This document shows, piece after piece, positions 36,860-46,432 of a DNA stretch of 56,922 nucleotides (position 1 is its first letter; every line of letters starts with the position of its first letter). Source of the DNA: a virus (lineage: Duplodnaviria > Caudoviricetes); IMG/VR virus record IMGVR_UViG_3300037153_000232, positions 1 to 56,922 of that record; one strand, written 5' to 3'. Below the pieces are notes generated by a model. It had not been told where the DNA came from and ran no database searches. It saw only the letters and a list, made by a program, of their open reading frames with translations. Made by a program: the position numbers and the translations under genes.

Positions 36860-39800
36860 CCACATCTACCAGCAGAGCCTGGTGGACGCCCGCGAGGCGT
36901 GGGCCAAGCAGTCGGGCTTGACCACGGCGCAGGTCAGCAACGCCTACGCGCAGGCAGCCACCTCGCTGGGCGCACGCGTGGCAGCCGCGCCGCCGACCGC
37001 GCCCTCGACGCAGTGGAACCTGGGCCAGCTTCAGTCGATCATTCAGGACTACGGCGCGAACCTCGACCAGCGCGTGCTGGACTCGATGTACCTGGGCATC
37101 AACGCCAGCTTCCACGACAGCGCCGACAGCGTGCTGAAGACCAGCGTCAGCGACGCCTACGGGTCGGTCTTCGGCCCCGAGGCCATCGACGCGCACGTCA
37201 GGGGCGTCAACCAGCGCGCCGCCGCGAGCTTCATCACGCGCACGGGCAAGGACGGCATCAAGCTCAGCGACCGCGTCTGGCAGGCCAACCAGCAGTGGCG
37301 CATGGCGGTGCAGAACGTGGTGCAGGACGCGGTCATCTCGGGGCAGCCGCCCGTGCAGGTCGCCAGGCAGATCGAGCAGTACCTCCAACCAGGCGTGAAC
37401 GTGCCCTACAAGGCAGAGACGGCCAAGCGCTTGAAGGTGCCCAAGGACACCTCGATGCCCGCCATGCGCGTGGCCAGGACCGAGATGCAGAACGCCTTCC
37501 ACGAGGGCACCATCTCCAGCCACTCTTCGATGCCGAGCTACCTGGGCATCCGCTGGCACATCGCCGCAGGCCTGGGCCACGTGCCCGACATCTGCGACGA
37601 GTACGCCGCGCACGGCTTCTTCCCGAAGGGCACCGAGCCATCCAAGCCGCACCCGCACTGTTTCTGCACGGCCGTGCCCGTGCACCGCGACGCGGACGAC
37701 GTGCTCAACGATCTGGAGGAGTGGCTGCACGACCCGTCGAGCCACCCCGATCTGGAGAACTACTACCAGCAGTTGAAGCCGTTGCTGGACGTCGAGGTGG
37801 CGAGCGTGGCAGGCGGCGCGGGCGGACCGCTGCTGGGCGGCTACGCCAAAGGCGAGAAGGTGCTGATCGACGTCAAGGGCAGCGAGGTGATCGCCACCGT
37901 GGTGGGCGAGCACGCCAGCAAAGGCGTGCTGACGCTGACCATCGACCCGGGCCAGGGGATGGCCTCGATCAAGGTCTGGCGAGCGCCGAGCAAGGTCAAG
38001 CTGTACACGGGTCCGCCGACCGAGCCGACGCCGCTTCAGCCAGGCCCGCCGCAGACGCTGCTGACGGGCATCGACGTCGGCGTGATCGTGCACGCCACCA
38101 AAGGCCAGCACCTGGGCAAGGTGGGCGAGGTCACCGCGCTGAACACGGCGGGTGGCCTGGTGCACGTCAAGTGGACGGACGGCACCGAGAACAACGTGGT
38201 GCTGAGCAACCTCGAAGTCGCGCCGCCGCCGCCGACCAACCTGGCCGTGGGCACCGTGGTCAAGTTCCACGCGCCCGAGCAGCCGCAGGTGGACGGGCAG
38301 TTCGGCACGATCAAGGCGGTGCACCCCAACGGGGATCTGGAGGTGCAGGTCAACATCAGCGGCCAGAGCTTCATCGCGGACGTGCCCTACGTCGGCAGCT
38401 TCAAGCTCGAAGCGGTCACGCCCACGGCAGCCGCCACCACGCCTGGCGGGCCGCAGGTGATCGGCTACGTGGACATGCCTGGCAACCAGCACCACGGCAA
38501 GGCGGTCATCAACCAGATGGACGCCAACAGCATCGCCTTCAAGGAGGGCGGCTGGGCCTTCAACGCGGACCCGTGGAAGCTGTCACCGACCGATCCGACC
38601 GCCGTGCCGCCGCCTCCTCCCGCGCCGCCAGTGGCACCGCCGACGTCGCCGTTCAAGGTGGGCGACACGGTGCAGATCGACACGCCGCAGTACCCGATGA
38701 CGCACGGCCAGCAGGGCACGGTCACGGCCATCAGCCCGACGGGCATCCATCAGGTGCAGTTGGCCGACGGGTCGCACGAGTATTTCTCCACCAACGAGAT
38801 CGGCCAGGGCTGGATCAAGCCGCTGGCCACGCCGCCGAGCGCCAGCGTCGGGCCGCAGGTGCCGACCGTCCAGGGCATCGACCACCTGAGCATCCACGAC
38901 AAGGTCAAGGTCAACGACCCGGGAGGCGTGCTCAACGGGGCCACCGTCGAGCTTTACGGCCCGCCGACGCTGTTCGGTGCCACCGAGCACATCCCCGTCA
39001 TCCTGCCCGACGGCTCTGTCGGCTACGTCCAGAAGGACCATCTCGTGGACCCGAACGTGCCGCTGGGCACGGCCACGGTGGGTCGGCCGCTGGCCACGCT
39101 GGACGACCTGGCCATAGGCGACCCCGTCTATATCACACAGGGCGTCAACCAGGGCCTGACCTTCTACCTGGGCGAGACGCCCGCCTGGTTCAACGCTGCC
39201 GACGTGCTGACGGTGTACGCCACCAAGGACGACCTGGCCAAGGACGAGAGCGCGCTGTTCGTCGGCAAGAACGCCATGCAGCCCGTAACTGGCTTCATGG
39301 TCCACGAGCACCCGCCGCTGCATCAGTTGAAGGCGGGCGACACGGTGCTGCTGCTGAAGAGCCAGTGGAAAGGCCAGGAGGCGACGCTGCTGGAGGACAT
39401 GGCGGGCAAGAAGACAGGCTCGCTGGTGCCCGTGCAGTTGAAGAGCGGCCAGCACGCTGACTTCTACCCCGAGGAGATCGCACTACCCGCCAGCGCCGCG
39501 ACGCCGCCTGCTGGCACGACCACGGGCAAGCCCATCGAGGACTACGGCGTGGGCGACACGATGGTGGTCACCAACCCGAACCACCCGCTGTTCGGCCAGG
39601 AGGTGACGCTCCAGGCCAAGTGGAACGCCAACCCGAACGTGAACCTGACGACCAGCGTGCCTGGTGGTGGCCTCCAGTTCATCAAGGCAGGCGACCTGGG
39701 CATCCCGCCGCCGCCACCGAGCGCGCCGCCCGTGCCCGTGGCCAACCACTGGGATGCGATGAAGGCGGGCGACCACGTGCAGATCAACCTGCCAGGCAGC

Positions 39801-42800
39801 ACGCATCACCACGAGGACGCCTGGCTGGTGGACGACCTGGCAGGCAAGAGCGCCACCGACCTGATCGCGGTGCACTTCGCGGACGGCTCGCTGTACAGCT
39901 ACGAGGTCGGCCAGATCGCCGCGCCCATCGGTGCGCCGCAGCCCGTGCCCGCTGGCATCCTCATCAAAGCCTCGCCGTCCAAGGGCACGCAGGCCGTGGT
40001 CTACGACCCGGGCAACCCCGACCACGGCACCAAGGTCGAGATCCTTCAGGACAAGCCTGGCGCGAGCGACACGACGCCGATTCAGGTGAAGTTCCTCGAA
40101 GGCGCATACGCGGGCGACACCGAGTTCTACCTGCACAAGCAGTTGATGGTGCCTGGCGTGCCGCTGGCCGCGACGCCCGCTGTGCCGCCGCCCGCCGTGG
40201 TCACGCCGCCGCCAGGCGCTGCCGCCGTGGACGTGACGCAGAAGGGCACCAAGGTGGTCACCGACTACAAGGGCCAGCGCAACATCTACGGCACCGTCAC
40301 CAGCTTCAACACGGGCAAGAACGTGGTGGTCATCAAGCCCGACACGCCGATCCCGGGCATGTCGGGCACGACCTTCACCAAGAACCCGAAGTACGTGAAG
40401 GCGGTCGTGCAGCCAGGCACCACGCCGCCCGTGCAGCCGACGACCACGCCGCCGCCTCCCCCGACGCCAGGCTCGATCAACCACCTGAAGGCGGGCGACA
40501 CGGTGATCGTCAACATGCCTGGCTCGCCCTTCCACGGCGAGGAGTTCCTGCTGGAGTACGACGCCGCAGGCCTGCCGCCGAACGCCTTCGTCGCCGCCAC
40601 CAGCGTCAAGACGGGCGCGCTGACGACCTTCACGGTGTCCGATCTGGTGCCGCCAGGCACGCCCATCGCCGCGCCGCCGCCCACGCTGCACACCGCCGAG
40701 GCTGGCGGCAAGGCGACCTACGCGGGCCTGACCGAGGTCACGCTCATTTCACCGAGCAGCGCCTCTAGCTGGAAGGTCGAGCTACCCGACGGCTCCGAGG
40801 TGTCGGTGCCGACGTCGGTGCTGACCGACTTCAAGCCCGCGCCGCCTGGCTACACGCCGCCTGCCGCCGCGCCCGTCGCACCACCTCCCCCGCCGACACC
40901 ACCCCCAACGCCTCCAGCACCCGTGCCAGTGGACGTCACCAAGGTCGGCACCAAGGTTATGACCGACTACCAGGGCATCCTCGTGCAGGGCACGGTCACC
41001 GCCTACAACGTCGGCAAGAAGGTGGTGACGGTCAAGCCCGACACGCCCATCCCGGGCGTGCCAGGCAAGTTCCAGAAGTCGCCATCCAAGGTGCAGCCGC
41101 AGGCCGCGCCGCCAGGCGTCACGCCCGCGCCAGCGCCGCTCCAGCCCACGGTCGCCACGCCGCCAGCGGCGGGCAAGCCGCAGATGCCGACGAGTCTGCC
41201 GCCCGACCCGCCGCAGCCGCTGATATCGAGCTTCAAGGTCACGCCGCAGAGCGTCGGCGGCGGGCACGCCAAGACCATCTACAAGAACCCCGCCGACGAC
41301 TCGACGTGGATGTTCAAGCCCGACCCGAACGCGGCCAACGCGGAGAAGGCTGGCTACAACGTCATGGGCCTGCTGGGCTACCAGACGCCCGAGATGCACG
41401 TCATGACGGTCGGCGGGCAGGTCGGGTCGGTGCAGAAGTTCCACGACATCAAGGGCACCGTCAAGATGGGCACGCTGACGTCGCTGACCGTCGCGCAGCG
41501 CGCCGAGATCCAGCAGCACATGATTATCGACTGGCTCATCAGCCAGCACGACTCGAACAACGGTGCGCTGCTGATCGGCCAGGACGACCACGTGCTGGCC
41601 ATCGACAAAGGCCAGGCCTTCAAGTTCCTGGGCAAGGACAAGCTGCACTGGACCTACGAGCCGAACCCCGACGGCGTGGTCTACAGGCCGCTGTTCGAGG
41701 GCTACATCAGCCACAAGTACGACCTCGACCGTGCTGCGGTGGACCCGCTCATCGACAAGATCGAGGCGCTGGACGACAACGTCTTCAAGGAGGCGGTCAG
41801 GCCCTACGCCGAGCACGCCGCCCGCGTCGGCCTGGTGGCCAGCCCCGACGTCATCTACGACCAGCTACTGAAGCGCAAGCACTCGATCCGCGCCGACGTC
41901 GCCAAGCTGTACGACGAGGCCGACGCGCTGGCTGGCAAGCCGCCGCGCCAGGCGACCGTCTCACCCACGCCGCAGGTCGCGCCCGTCACCACCACGGTCA
42001 CCACGGGCCAGGTCACGCCCATCGCCAGGCCGTTGCTGGACGCCATCGACGCGGCAGGCTGGGCTGGCCACTCGATCATGCTGGGCGGTCAGGACGTCGA
42101 GACGGGCAACGCGCTGGCCTACACGCTGCGCAAGCCCGACGGCTCGCGCCAACTGGTGGTCGAGATGCGTCTGCGCGCCCAGGCCGAGCCGAAGCTGTTG
42201 GCCAAGCTCGACGGCGTGACGCACATCGCCGCAGCGGGCGCGCCAGTTGACCCGACGTGGAACACGCTGCTGCCCGCCGTCAAGCACGTCGGCTACCACC
42301 TGAAGCCTGGCTCGACGGGCAAGGACGACACGCTCACCGCCAGCAAGATCCAGCCGATCCTCGACATCGCGCAGCAGATCCAGGGCGGCAACATGGATCG
42401 GGGCAAGGCCGACCACTACGGCATCGTCATCAGCACGCTGACGGGCTGGTCGCCCGCCGAGGTCGCCAGCCAGCCGCTGTCGGCGCTCGAATCGCAGATC
42501 AAGCTGTGGTGGTCCACCAACACGGCGGTGCACGCGGCCACCTTCGACCAGTACACGCCGCCGACGCCGTCCTCGATCACCACCACGCCGCCCGACAAGG
42601 TCAAGGCCAAGACCGAGCAGCCGTGGGGCTTGCAGCGAGCGCTGTCGCCCACGGGTGAACTGACGACGACCAACGCCCGCGCCGTTGGCCGCGCCGCAGG
42701 TCACGAGGGCAACGCGCTGCACACGCTGACGCTGGCCCCCGACATGACGGGCACGTATATGCCGTTCAACCAGGGCGGCAACATGTTCTCCAAGCAGGGT

Positions 42801-43742
42801 CGCCTGGTCATCTACAAGGACAACTACCAGGGCACCGAGGCCGAGGTGCAGGCGGCGCTGGATCAGGTCAAGCGCCTGGGCGTGGACGCGGAAGTGGCGA
42901 CCGCCGACGACATGGAACTGCTGTACCTGCATCACCAGGCGCACGCGGCCAAGGTCGAGGAGAGCGCCGACTACAAGACCAACGTGCTCAACAAGATCAC
43001 GCCCACGATGAGCGCGGCGGACCAGGCGCGCATTCACCGCGACTGGTGGAACAAACGCCTGGGCGTCTCCGACGTGCGCACGCTGCCGAGCTACAACCCG
43101 ACGCCGCAGTTCGACGCCACCTACCGCCCCGCGCCCGTCGGCCACCAGCAGCAGGAGGGCGGCTACGCCTACTTCGAGCGCTTCGACATCAGCCAGGCCG
43201 ACCTTGATGCGGCGCTGCCTGGCTACGGCCTGACGCACCGCTCGTCGCTGGGCGCGGAGGGCTTCGTGGACGTGCTGCTGGACGGCAACGCGCACATGGC
43301 CCCCACCGAGGAGCGCATCCGCACGGGCGTCTACCGTTCGGGCGTCGGCATGTCCTCCAGCGCCGACATGGGCACTGGCGGCGCGAACTACTTCTTCACG
43401 CGCATCAGCAAGCCGACGAGCTTCGACCGTGGCCAGTTCGTCTTCGACACGTCGCTGCTGCGGCGCACCGATCTCATCAGTTACGATGGTGACAGATTCG
43501 GTCGTGCGGACAAGAACACCAAGCGCGACCGCAACGTCACCCTCGCGGACTGGAAGGCCGCATCGAGCGGCGGCAGCAACGAGGCCATCATCAAGAACGG
43601 CTTCCCGCTCCTGGGCTACCTGAAGCAGATCAGGGCGAAGACGAGTGCCGAGCGCAACAGGATCATCGCCAAGTTCAAGGCCCGTGGCATCTCCGAGGTG
43701 CGCGGCGTGCCCATCGAGCAGGTGGTGATCGTCGGTGCCTGA
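36807..43742 (+). CDS. Giant MuF (SPP1 gp7-like) head protein with SH3/KOW-like repeats, HipA/PI3K-like kinase and putative ART-like C-terminus
   Basis: RVARTE...DICD...PHPHCFC (MuF); repeated 'xxGDxV...hG' modules; WMFKP...DWLISQHD...IDKGQAF; THRS...YFFTR...NEAII. Confidence 0.8.
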   Translation: MSQPPSPPQPPQPQPSNSHIYQQSLVDAREAWAKQSGLTTAQVSNAYAQAATSLGARVAAAPPTAPSTQWNLGQLQSIIQDYGANLDQRVLDSMYLGINASFHDSADSVLKTSVSDAYGSVFGPEAIDAHVRGVNQRAAASFITRTGKDGIKLSDRVWQANQQWRMAVQNVVQDAVISGQPPVQVARQIEQYLQPGVNVPYKAETAKRLKVPKDTSMPAMRVARTEMQNAFHEGTISSHSSMPSYLGIRWHIAAGLGHVPDICDEYAAHGFFPKGTEPSKPHPHCFCTAVPVHRDADDVLNDLEEWLHDPSSHPDLENYYQQLKPLLDVEVASVAGGAGGPLLGGYAKGEKVLIDVKGSEVIATVVGEHASKGVLTLTIDPGQGMASIKVWRAPSKVKLYTGPPTEPTPLQPGPPQTLLTGIDVGVIVHATKGQHLGKVGEVTALNTAGGLVHVKWTDGTENNVVLSNLEVAPPPPTNLAVGTVVKFHAPEQPQVDGQFGTIKAVHPNGDLEVQVNISGQSFIADVPYVGSFKLEAVTPTAAATTPGGPQVIGYVDMPGNQHHGKAVINQMDANSIAFKEGGWAFNADPWKLSPTDPTAVPPPPPAPPVAPPTSPFKVGDTVQIDTPQYPMTHGQQGTVTAISPTGIHQVQLADGSHEYFSTNEIGQGWIKPLATPPSASVGPQVPTVQGIDHLSIHDKVKVNDPGGVLNGATVELYGPPTLFGATEHIPVILPDGSVGYVQKDHLVDPNVPLGTATVGRPLATLDDLAIGDPVYITQGVNQGLTFYLGETPAWFNAADVLTVYATKDDLAKDESALFVGKNAMQPVTGFMVHEHPPLHQLKAGDTVLLLKSQWKGQEATLLEDMAGKKTGSLVPVQLKSGQHADFYPEEIALPASAATPPAGTTTGKPIEDYGVGDTMVVTNPNHPLFGQEVTLQAKWNANPNVNLTTSVPGGGLQFIKAGDLGIPPPPPSAPPVPVANHWDAMKAGDHVQINLPGSTHHHEDAWLVDDLAGKSATDLIAVHFADGSLYSYEVGQIAAPIGAPQPVPAGILIKASPSKGTQAVVYDPGNPDHGTKVEILQDKPGASDTTPIQVKFLEGAYAGDTEFYLHKQLMVPGVPLAATPAVPPPAVVTPPPGAAAVDVTQKGTKVVTDYKGQRNIYGTVTSFNTGKNVVVIKPDTPIPGMSGTTFTKNPKYVKAVVQPGTTPPVQPTTTPPPPPTPGSINHLKAGDTVIVNMPGSPFHGEEFLLEYDAAGLPPNAFVAATSVKTGALTTFTVSDLVPPGTPIAAPPPTLHTAEAGGKATYAGLTEVTLISPSSASSWKVELPDGSEVSVPTSVLTDFKPAPPGYTPPAAAPVAPPPPPTPPPTPPAPVPVDVTKVGTKVMTDYQGILVQGTVTAYNVGKKVVTVKPDTPIPGVPGKFQKSPSKVQPQAAPPGVTPAPAPLQPTVATPPAAGKPQMPTSLPPDPPQPLISSFKVTPQSVGGGHAKTIYKNPADDSTWMFKPDPNAANAEKAGYNVMGLLGYQTPEMHVMTVGGQVGSVQKFHDIKGTVKMGTLTSLTVAQRAEIQQHMIIDWLISQHDSNNGALLIGQDDHVLAIDKGQAFKFLGKDKLHWTYEPNPDGVVYRPLFEGYISHKYDLDRAAVDPLIDKIEALDDNVFKEAVRPYAEHAARVGLVASPDVIYDQLLKRKHSIRADVAKLYDEADALAGKPPRQATVSPTPQVAPVTTTVTTGQVTPIARPLLDAIDAAGWAGHSIMLGGQDVETGNALAYTLRKPDGSRQLVVEMRLRAQAEPKLLAKLDGVTHIAAAGAPVDPTWNTLLPAVKHVGYHLKPGSTGKDDTLTASKIQPILDIAQQIQGGNMDRGKADHYGIVISTLTGWSPAEVASQPLSALESQIKLWWSTNTAVHAATFDQYTPPTPSSITTTPPDKVKAKTEQPWGLQRALSPTGELTTTNARAVGRAAGHEGNALHTLTLAPDMTGTYMPFNQGGNMFSKQGRLVIYKDNYQGTEAEVQAALDQVKRLGVDAEVATADDMELLYLHHQAHAAKVEESADYKTNVLNKITPTMSAADQARIHRDWWNKRLGVSDVRTLPSYNPTPQFDATYRPAPVGHQQQEGGYAYFERFDISQADLDAALPGYGLTHRSSLGAEGFVDVLLDGNAHMAPTEERIRTGVYRSGVGMSSSADMGTGGANYFFTRISKPTSFDRGQFVFDTSLLRRTDLISYDGDRFGRADKNTKRDRNVTLADWKAASSGGSNEAIIKNGFPLLGYLKQIRAKTSAERNRIIAKFKARGISEVRGVPIEQVVIVGA

Positions 43743-44100
43743 GCCTGCGGACACGGCGCGCACGCTGGTGCACAACGGCGCGACGGGCGAGATCCACTTC
43801 GTGGACGGCTTCGAGGTGGCACCCTCCCCGATCATCGCGCTGATGGTGGGCAGCACGGCGGTGAGCTTCTTCTGGCTGACCGACGAGAACGAGCACGTGC
43901 TGGACCTGGGCACGCTGCTGGACGGTGACGACGGTGACGTGCTGGTGACCAACACCAACGGTGACGAGCTACGCATCTGGGGCATCTTCGAGGACGCCGA
44001 CTGGCAGCGCCTGAACGAGTTCGTGGCGGCGGTCAAGAGCGGCAACTGGCCACCGCTGGGCCTGGACGAAAGCTGGACGCGCTACAAAGAACTTGACTGA
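43735..44100 (+). CDS. Acidic hypothetical protein, candidate immunity protein
   Basis: Overlaps the MuF stop codon; 121 aa. Confidence 0.55.
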   Translation: MPEPADTARTLVHNGATGEIHFVDGFEVAPSPIIALMVGSTAVSFFWLTDENEHVLDLGTLLDGDDGDVLVTNTNGDELRIWGIFEDADWQRLNEFVAAVKSGNWPPLGLDESWTRYKELD

Positions 44101-44414
44101 TGGCCGTCTACCGCGTCATGCGGGAGAGCTTCGCCACCGACCAGGGCTACCTGCCTGGCCTGGCGTGGGTCTACGACGGTCGCCAGATCTGGCTGACCGC
44201 GCTGCCCACCTACGAGCCTGAGCGCGCCGACCTCCAGGCGCAGATCGACCACGCGCTGGCCAACGGCTTCCACTCCGACGAGGTCTGGATGCACTGGGCG
44301 CAGCAGGGCGGGCAGCACCAACTGTCGATGCGGTCGGCACCCGAGCCGCTCATCGCGCCGTCGCTGAAGGCAGCCATCGACGCGGCACTGGCGTCGCTCC
44401 AGACGGCGCGCTAG
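44100..44414 (+). CDS. Hypothetical protein, candidate immunity protein
   Basis: TGATG coupling; 104 aa. Confidence 0.55.
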   Translation: MAVYRVMRESFATDQGYLPGLAWVYDGRQIWLTALPTYEPERADLQAQIDHALANGFHSDEVWMHWAQQGGQHQLSMRSAPEPLIAPSLKAAIDAALASLQTAR

Positions 44415-44618
44415 GCTTACGGCAGCCGATCCGAAGGGCAGGTCGCCCCGGCATCCGCACCGCCTGCGAGGGGTACACGTGGCCACCGAGCCAGGCCGAG
44501 GGCGGGTTCGTCAGGTGCGCTGACCGAGAGCTTTTTGTGACGGCGGCACGGCTCGCCCCAGTTCAACGACTGGCGCGGGCCGTTTGCTTTGCACGGGGCA
44601 TCTCGCTAAAAGCGCCGA

Positions 44619-45239
44619 ATGCTCGTAAGGATCACGGCGGCTGCCGCTCTGCTGGCCGCTTCTTTCGCTACAGCAGCCGACGCGCAGGAACTGGTGCCAG
44701 GCGACGCAGCGATGGCACCCACCAGCGTCGCTCCAGCGTCAAAGGCAGAGCAGGACTACTGGTTCGACAACGGCTTCGAGCAACTGCACCAGCAGATAGG
44801 CTCGATCATGGGCCGCGCCGTCGAGCCAGAACACGGCACCGACGAGGCGGGCGAGGTGGTGCAGCGCACCTCCACGGGCCTGGCCGTCTGGAAGCCAGGC
44901 AGCGTGCCACGCTTCACCGATGGCTGGCGCACCTGGGCCGTGGAAGCACCCGTCACGCAGGAGGTCGCCTCGATCTCCGCGCCACACGTCGGTTACAGCG
45001 TGTGGGACAGGCTGGCGGCGTGCGAAAGCGGCGGCAACTGGGCGAGTCGCACCAACCCGATCTACAAGGGCGGCGTGCAGATGGACTCGACGTTCTGGGC
45101 ACGCTACGGTGGCCTGGCGTTCGCCGCCCGCGCCGACTATGCCACACGTGAGCAGCAGATCCTCGTGGCGCAGCGCGGCCTGGCCGTGCAGGGCTGGTTG
45201 GCTTGGCCAACGTGCAGTCGTATTATCGGGCTTAGGTGA
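44619..45239 (+). CDS. Secreted Rpf-family transglycosylase
   Basis: Signal peptide; WDRLAACESGGNW, YKGGVQ, ATREQQI and AWPTCS. Confidence 0.92.
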   Translation: MLVRITAAAALLAASFATAADAQELVPGDAAMAPTSVAPASKAEQDYWFDNGFEQLHQQIGSIMGRAVEPEHGTDEAGEVVQRTSTGLAVWKPGSVPRFTDGWRTWAVEAPVTQEVASISAPHVGYSVWDRLAACESGGNWASRTNPIYKGGVQMDSTFWARYGGLAFAARADYATREQQILVAQRGLAVQGWLAWPTCSRIIGLR

Positions 45240-45730
45240 CCACCCTTGGCCTACGAGGTCTGTTCGACAACGGGCGCACCGCACGCCCCGTTGTAGAGCG
45301 TGTCAGGTCCAATTGCGACATCGACCCGCTGACGGGCTGCTGGCTGTGGCGAGGCTACTGCGACGAGTGGGGCTACGGCCGCACTAAGGTCGGCAGCCGA
45401 CGCGATGGCTCGCGGCGCAGCGTCCGCTGCCACCAGGCGACCTGGGAAGCGCTCCACGGCCGCGTGCCCGAGGGCCTGGAGCTTGACCACTTCTACTGTG
45501 ACCGACCGCGCTGCGCGAACCCCGACCACGTCCGACCTGAGACGCCTCGCGGCAACACGCTGCGCAGCCAGGCACCTACAGCCAAGCTCGCCAGGCGCGA
45601 ATCGTGCCCAAACTGTGGCGGGCCGTTTTCACTCGACCGTCGCGGCTACCGCGCCTGTCGGCCATGCCGTCAGGCCTATTTTCGCGCCTACAACGCGAGG
45701 AGGAACCATGCCCAGAATCATGAAGTGTAA
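45236..45730 (+). CDS. HNH homing endonuclease
   Basis: GCWLW...GYG...ELDHFYCDRPRCANPDHV...N. Confidence 0.9.
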   Translation: MTTLGLRGLFDNGRTARPVVERVRSNCDIDPLTGCWLWRGYCDEWGYGRTKVGSRRDGSRRSVRCHQATWEALHGRVPEGLELDHFYCDRPRCANPDHVRPETPRGNTLRSQAPTAKLARRESCPNCGGPFSLDRRGYRACRPCRQAYFRAYNARRNHAQNHEV

Positions 45731-45863
45731 GAAGTGCGGCGAGCAGATCGTTGAGGGCGCGCCGCACGAGTGCGACGGCTAACGGCATGTACGGCTACGG
45801 CGCGCTGGGCCTGATCGTGACGATCATCCTCGTCATCGTGCTGCTGCGGCTGCTGGGCGTGGT

Positions 45864-46220
45864 CTAGTCCTCGTCCGGGTCGCCACCCTGCGACTTCACG
45901 TTGTTGATCGCGGCGTCGTAGCTGGTGGCCGAGACGGTCATCTCACCGCCGCCGCGCAGCTTGATGGTGTACGAGCGGTTCGGAGGTGGTGGCGTCGGCA
46001 CGGGCGTCGGGCCAGGTGCCAGCGTGGGCGGCGCACTGGTCGGCCGTGACGTCGGCACGGGCCGCGAGATAACCAGCGGCACGGTCGGCGTGGGCGTGAC
46101 CGCAGGCGACGGCGCGGGCGCATCCACGAAATACGAGACGGCGTCGCTGAGCGGGTGGAAGGCCGAGCCGAGCGCGAAGCCGAGCGCGAAGATGACCAGC
46201 GCGGCGAGCAGGCGAGTCAC
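45864..46220 (-). CDS. Membrane-anchored Pro/Thr-rich protein
   Basis: N-terminal hydrophobic helix and PT linker; the only credible minus-strand gene. Confidence 0.65.
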   Translation of the reverse strand: MTRLLAALVIFALGFALGSAFHPLSDAVSYFVDAPAPSPAVTPTPTVPLVISRPVPTSRPTSAPPTLAPGPTPVPTPPPPNRSYTIKLRGGGEMTVSATSYDAAINNVKSQGGDPDED

Positions 46221-46238
46221 CTGTTAGGGTGACAACCC

Positions 46239-46421
46239 GTGAAGCTGAAGATCGTCAGTGACGGCACCGCGTCAGGCACGCGCATCGAGAACGACCAGGG
46301 CGAGGATCTGACCACGCACGTCAGACGCCTGGTCTGGACACTTGAATCGGGGCGCAACCCGCAGGTCGAGATCACGTTGGTACGCCTGGACGCCGATCTG
46401 GAGCTTGATCTGAGCGTATAG
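46239..46421 (+). CDS. Hypothetical protein
   Basis: 60-aa ORF MKLKIVSDGT... Confidence 0.55.
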   Translation: MKLKIVSDGTASGTRIENDQGEDLTTHVRRLVWTLESGRNPQVEITLVRLDADLELDLSV

Positions 46422-46432
46422 TCGGGGCCGAG

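Noticed and set aside
44414-44612. c-di-AMP (ydaO) riboswitch upstream of Rpf
   Set aside because: Resembling fragments appear only on the opposite strand with wrong spacing, and the conserved core is not visible.
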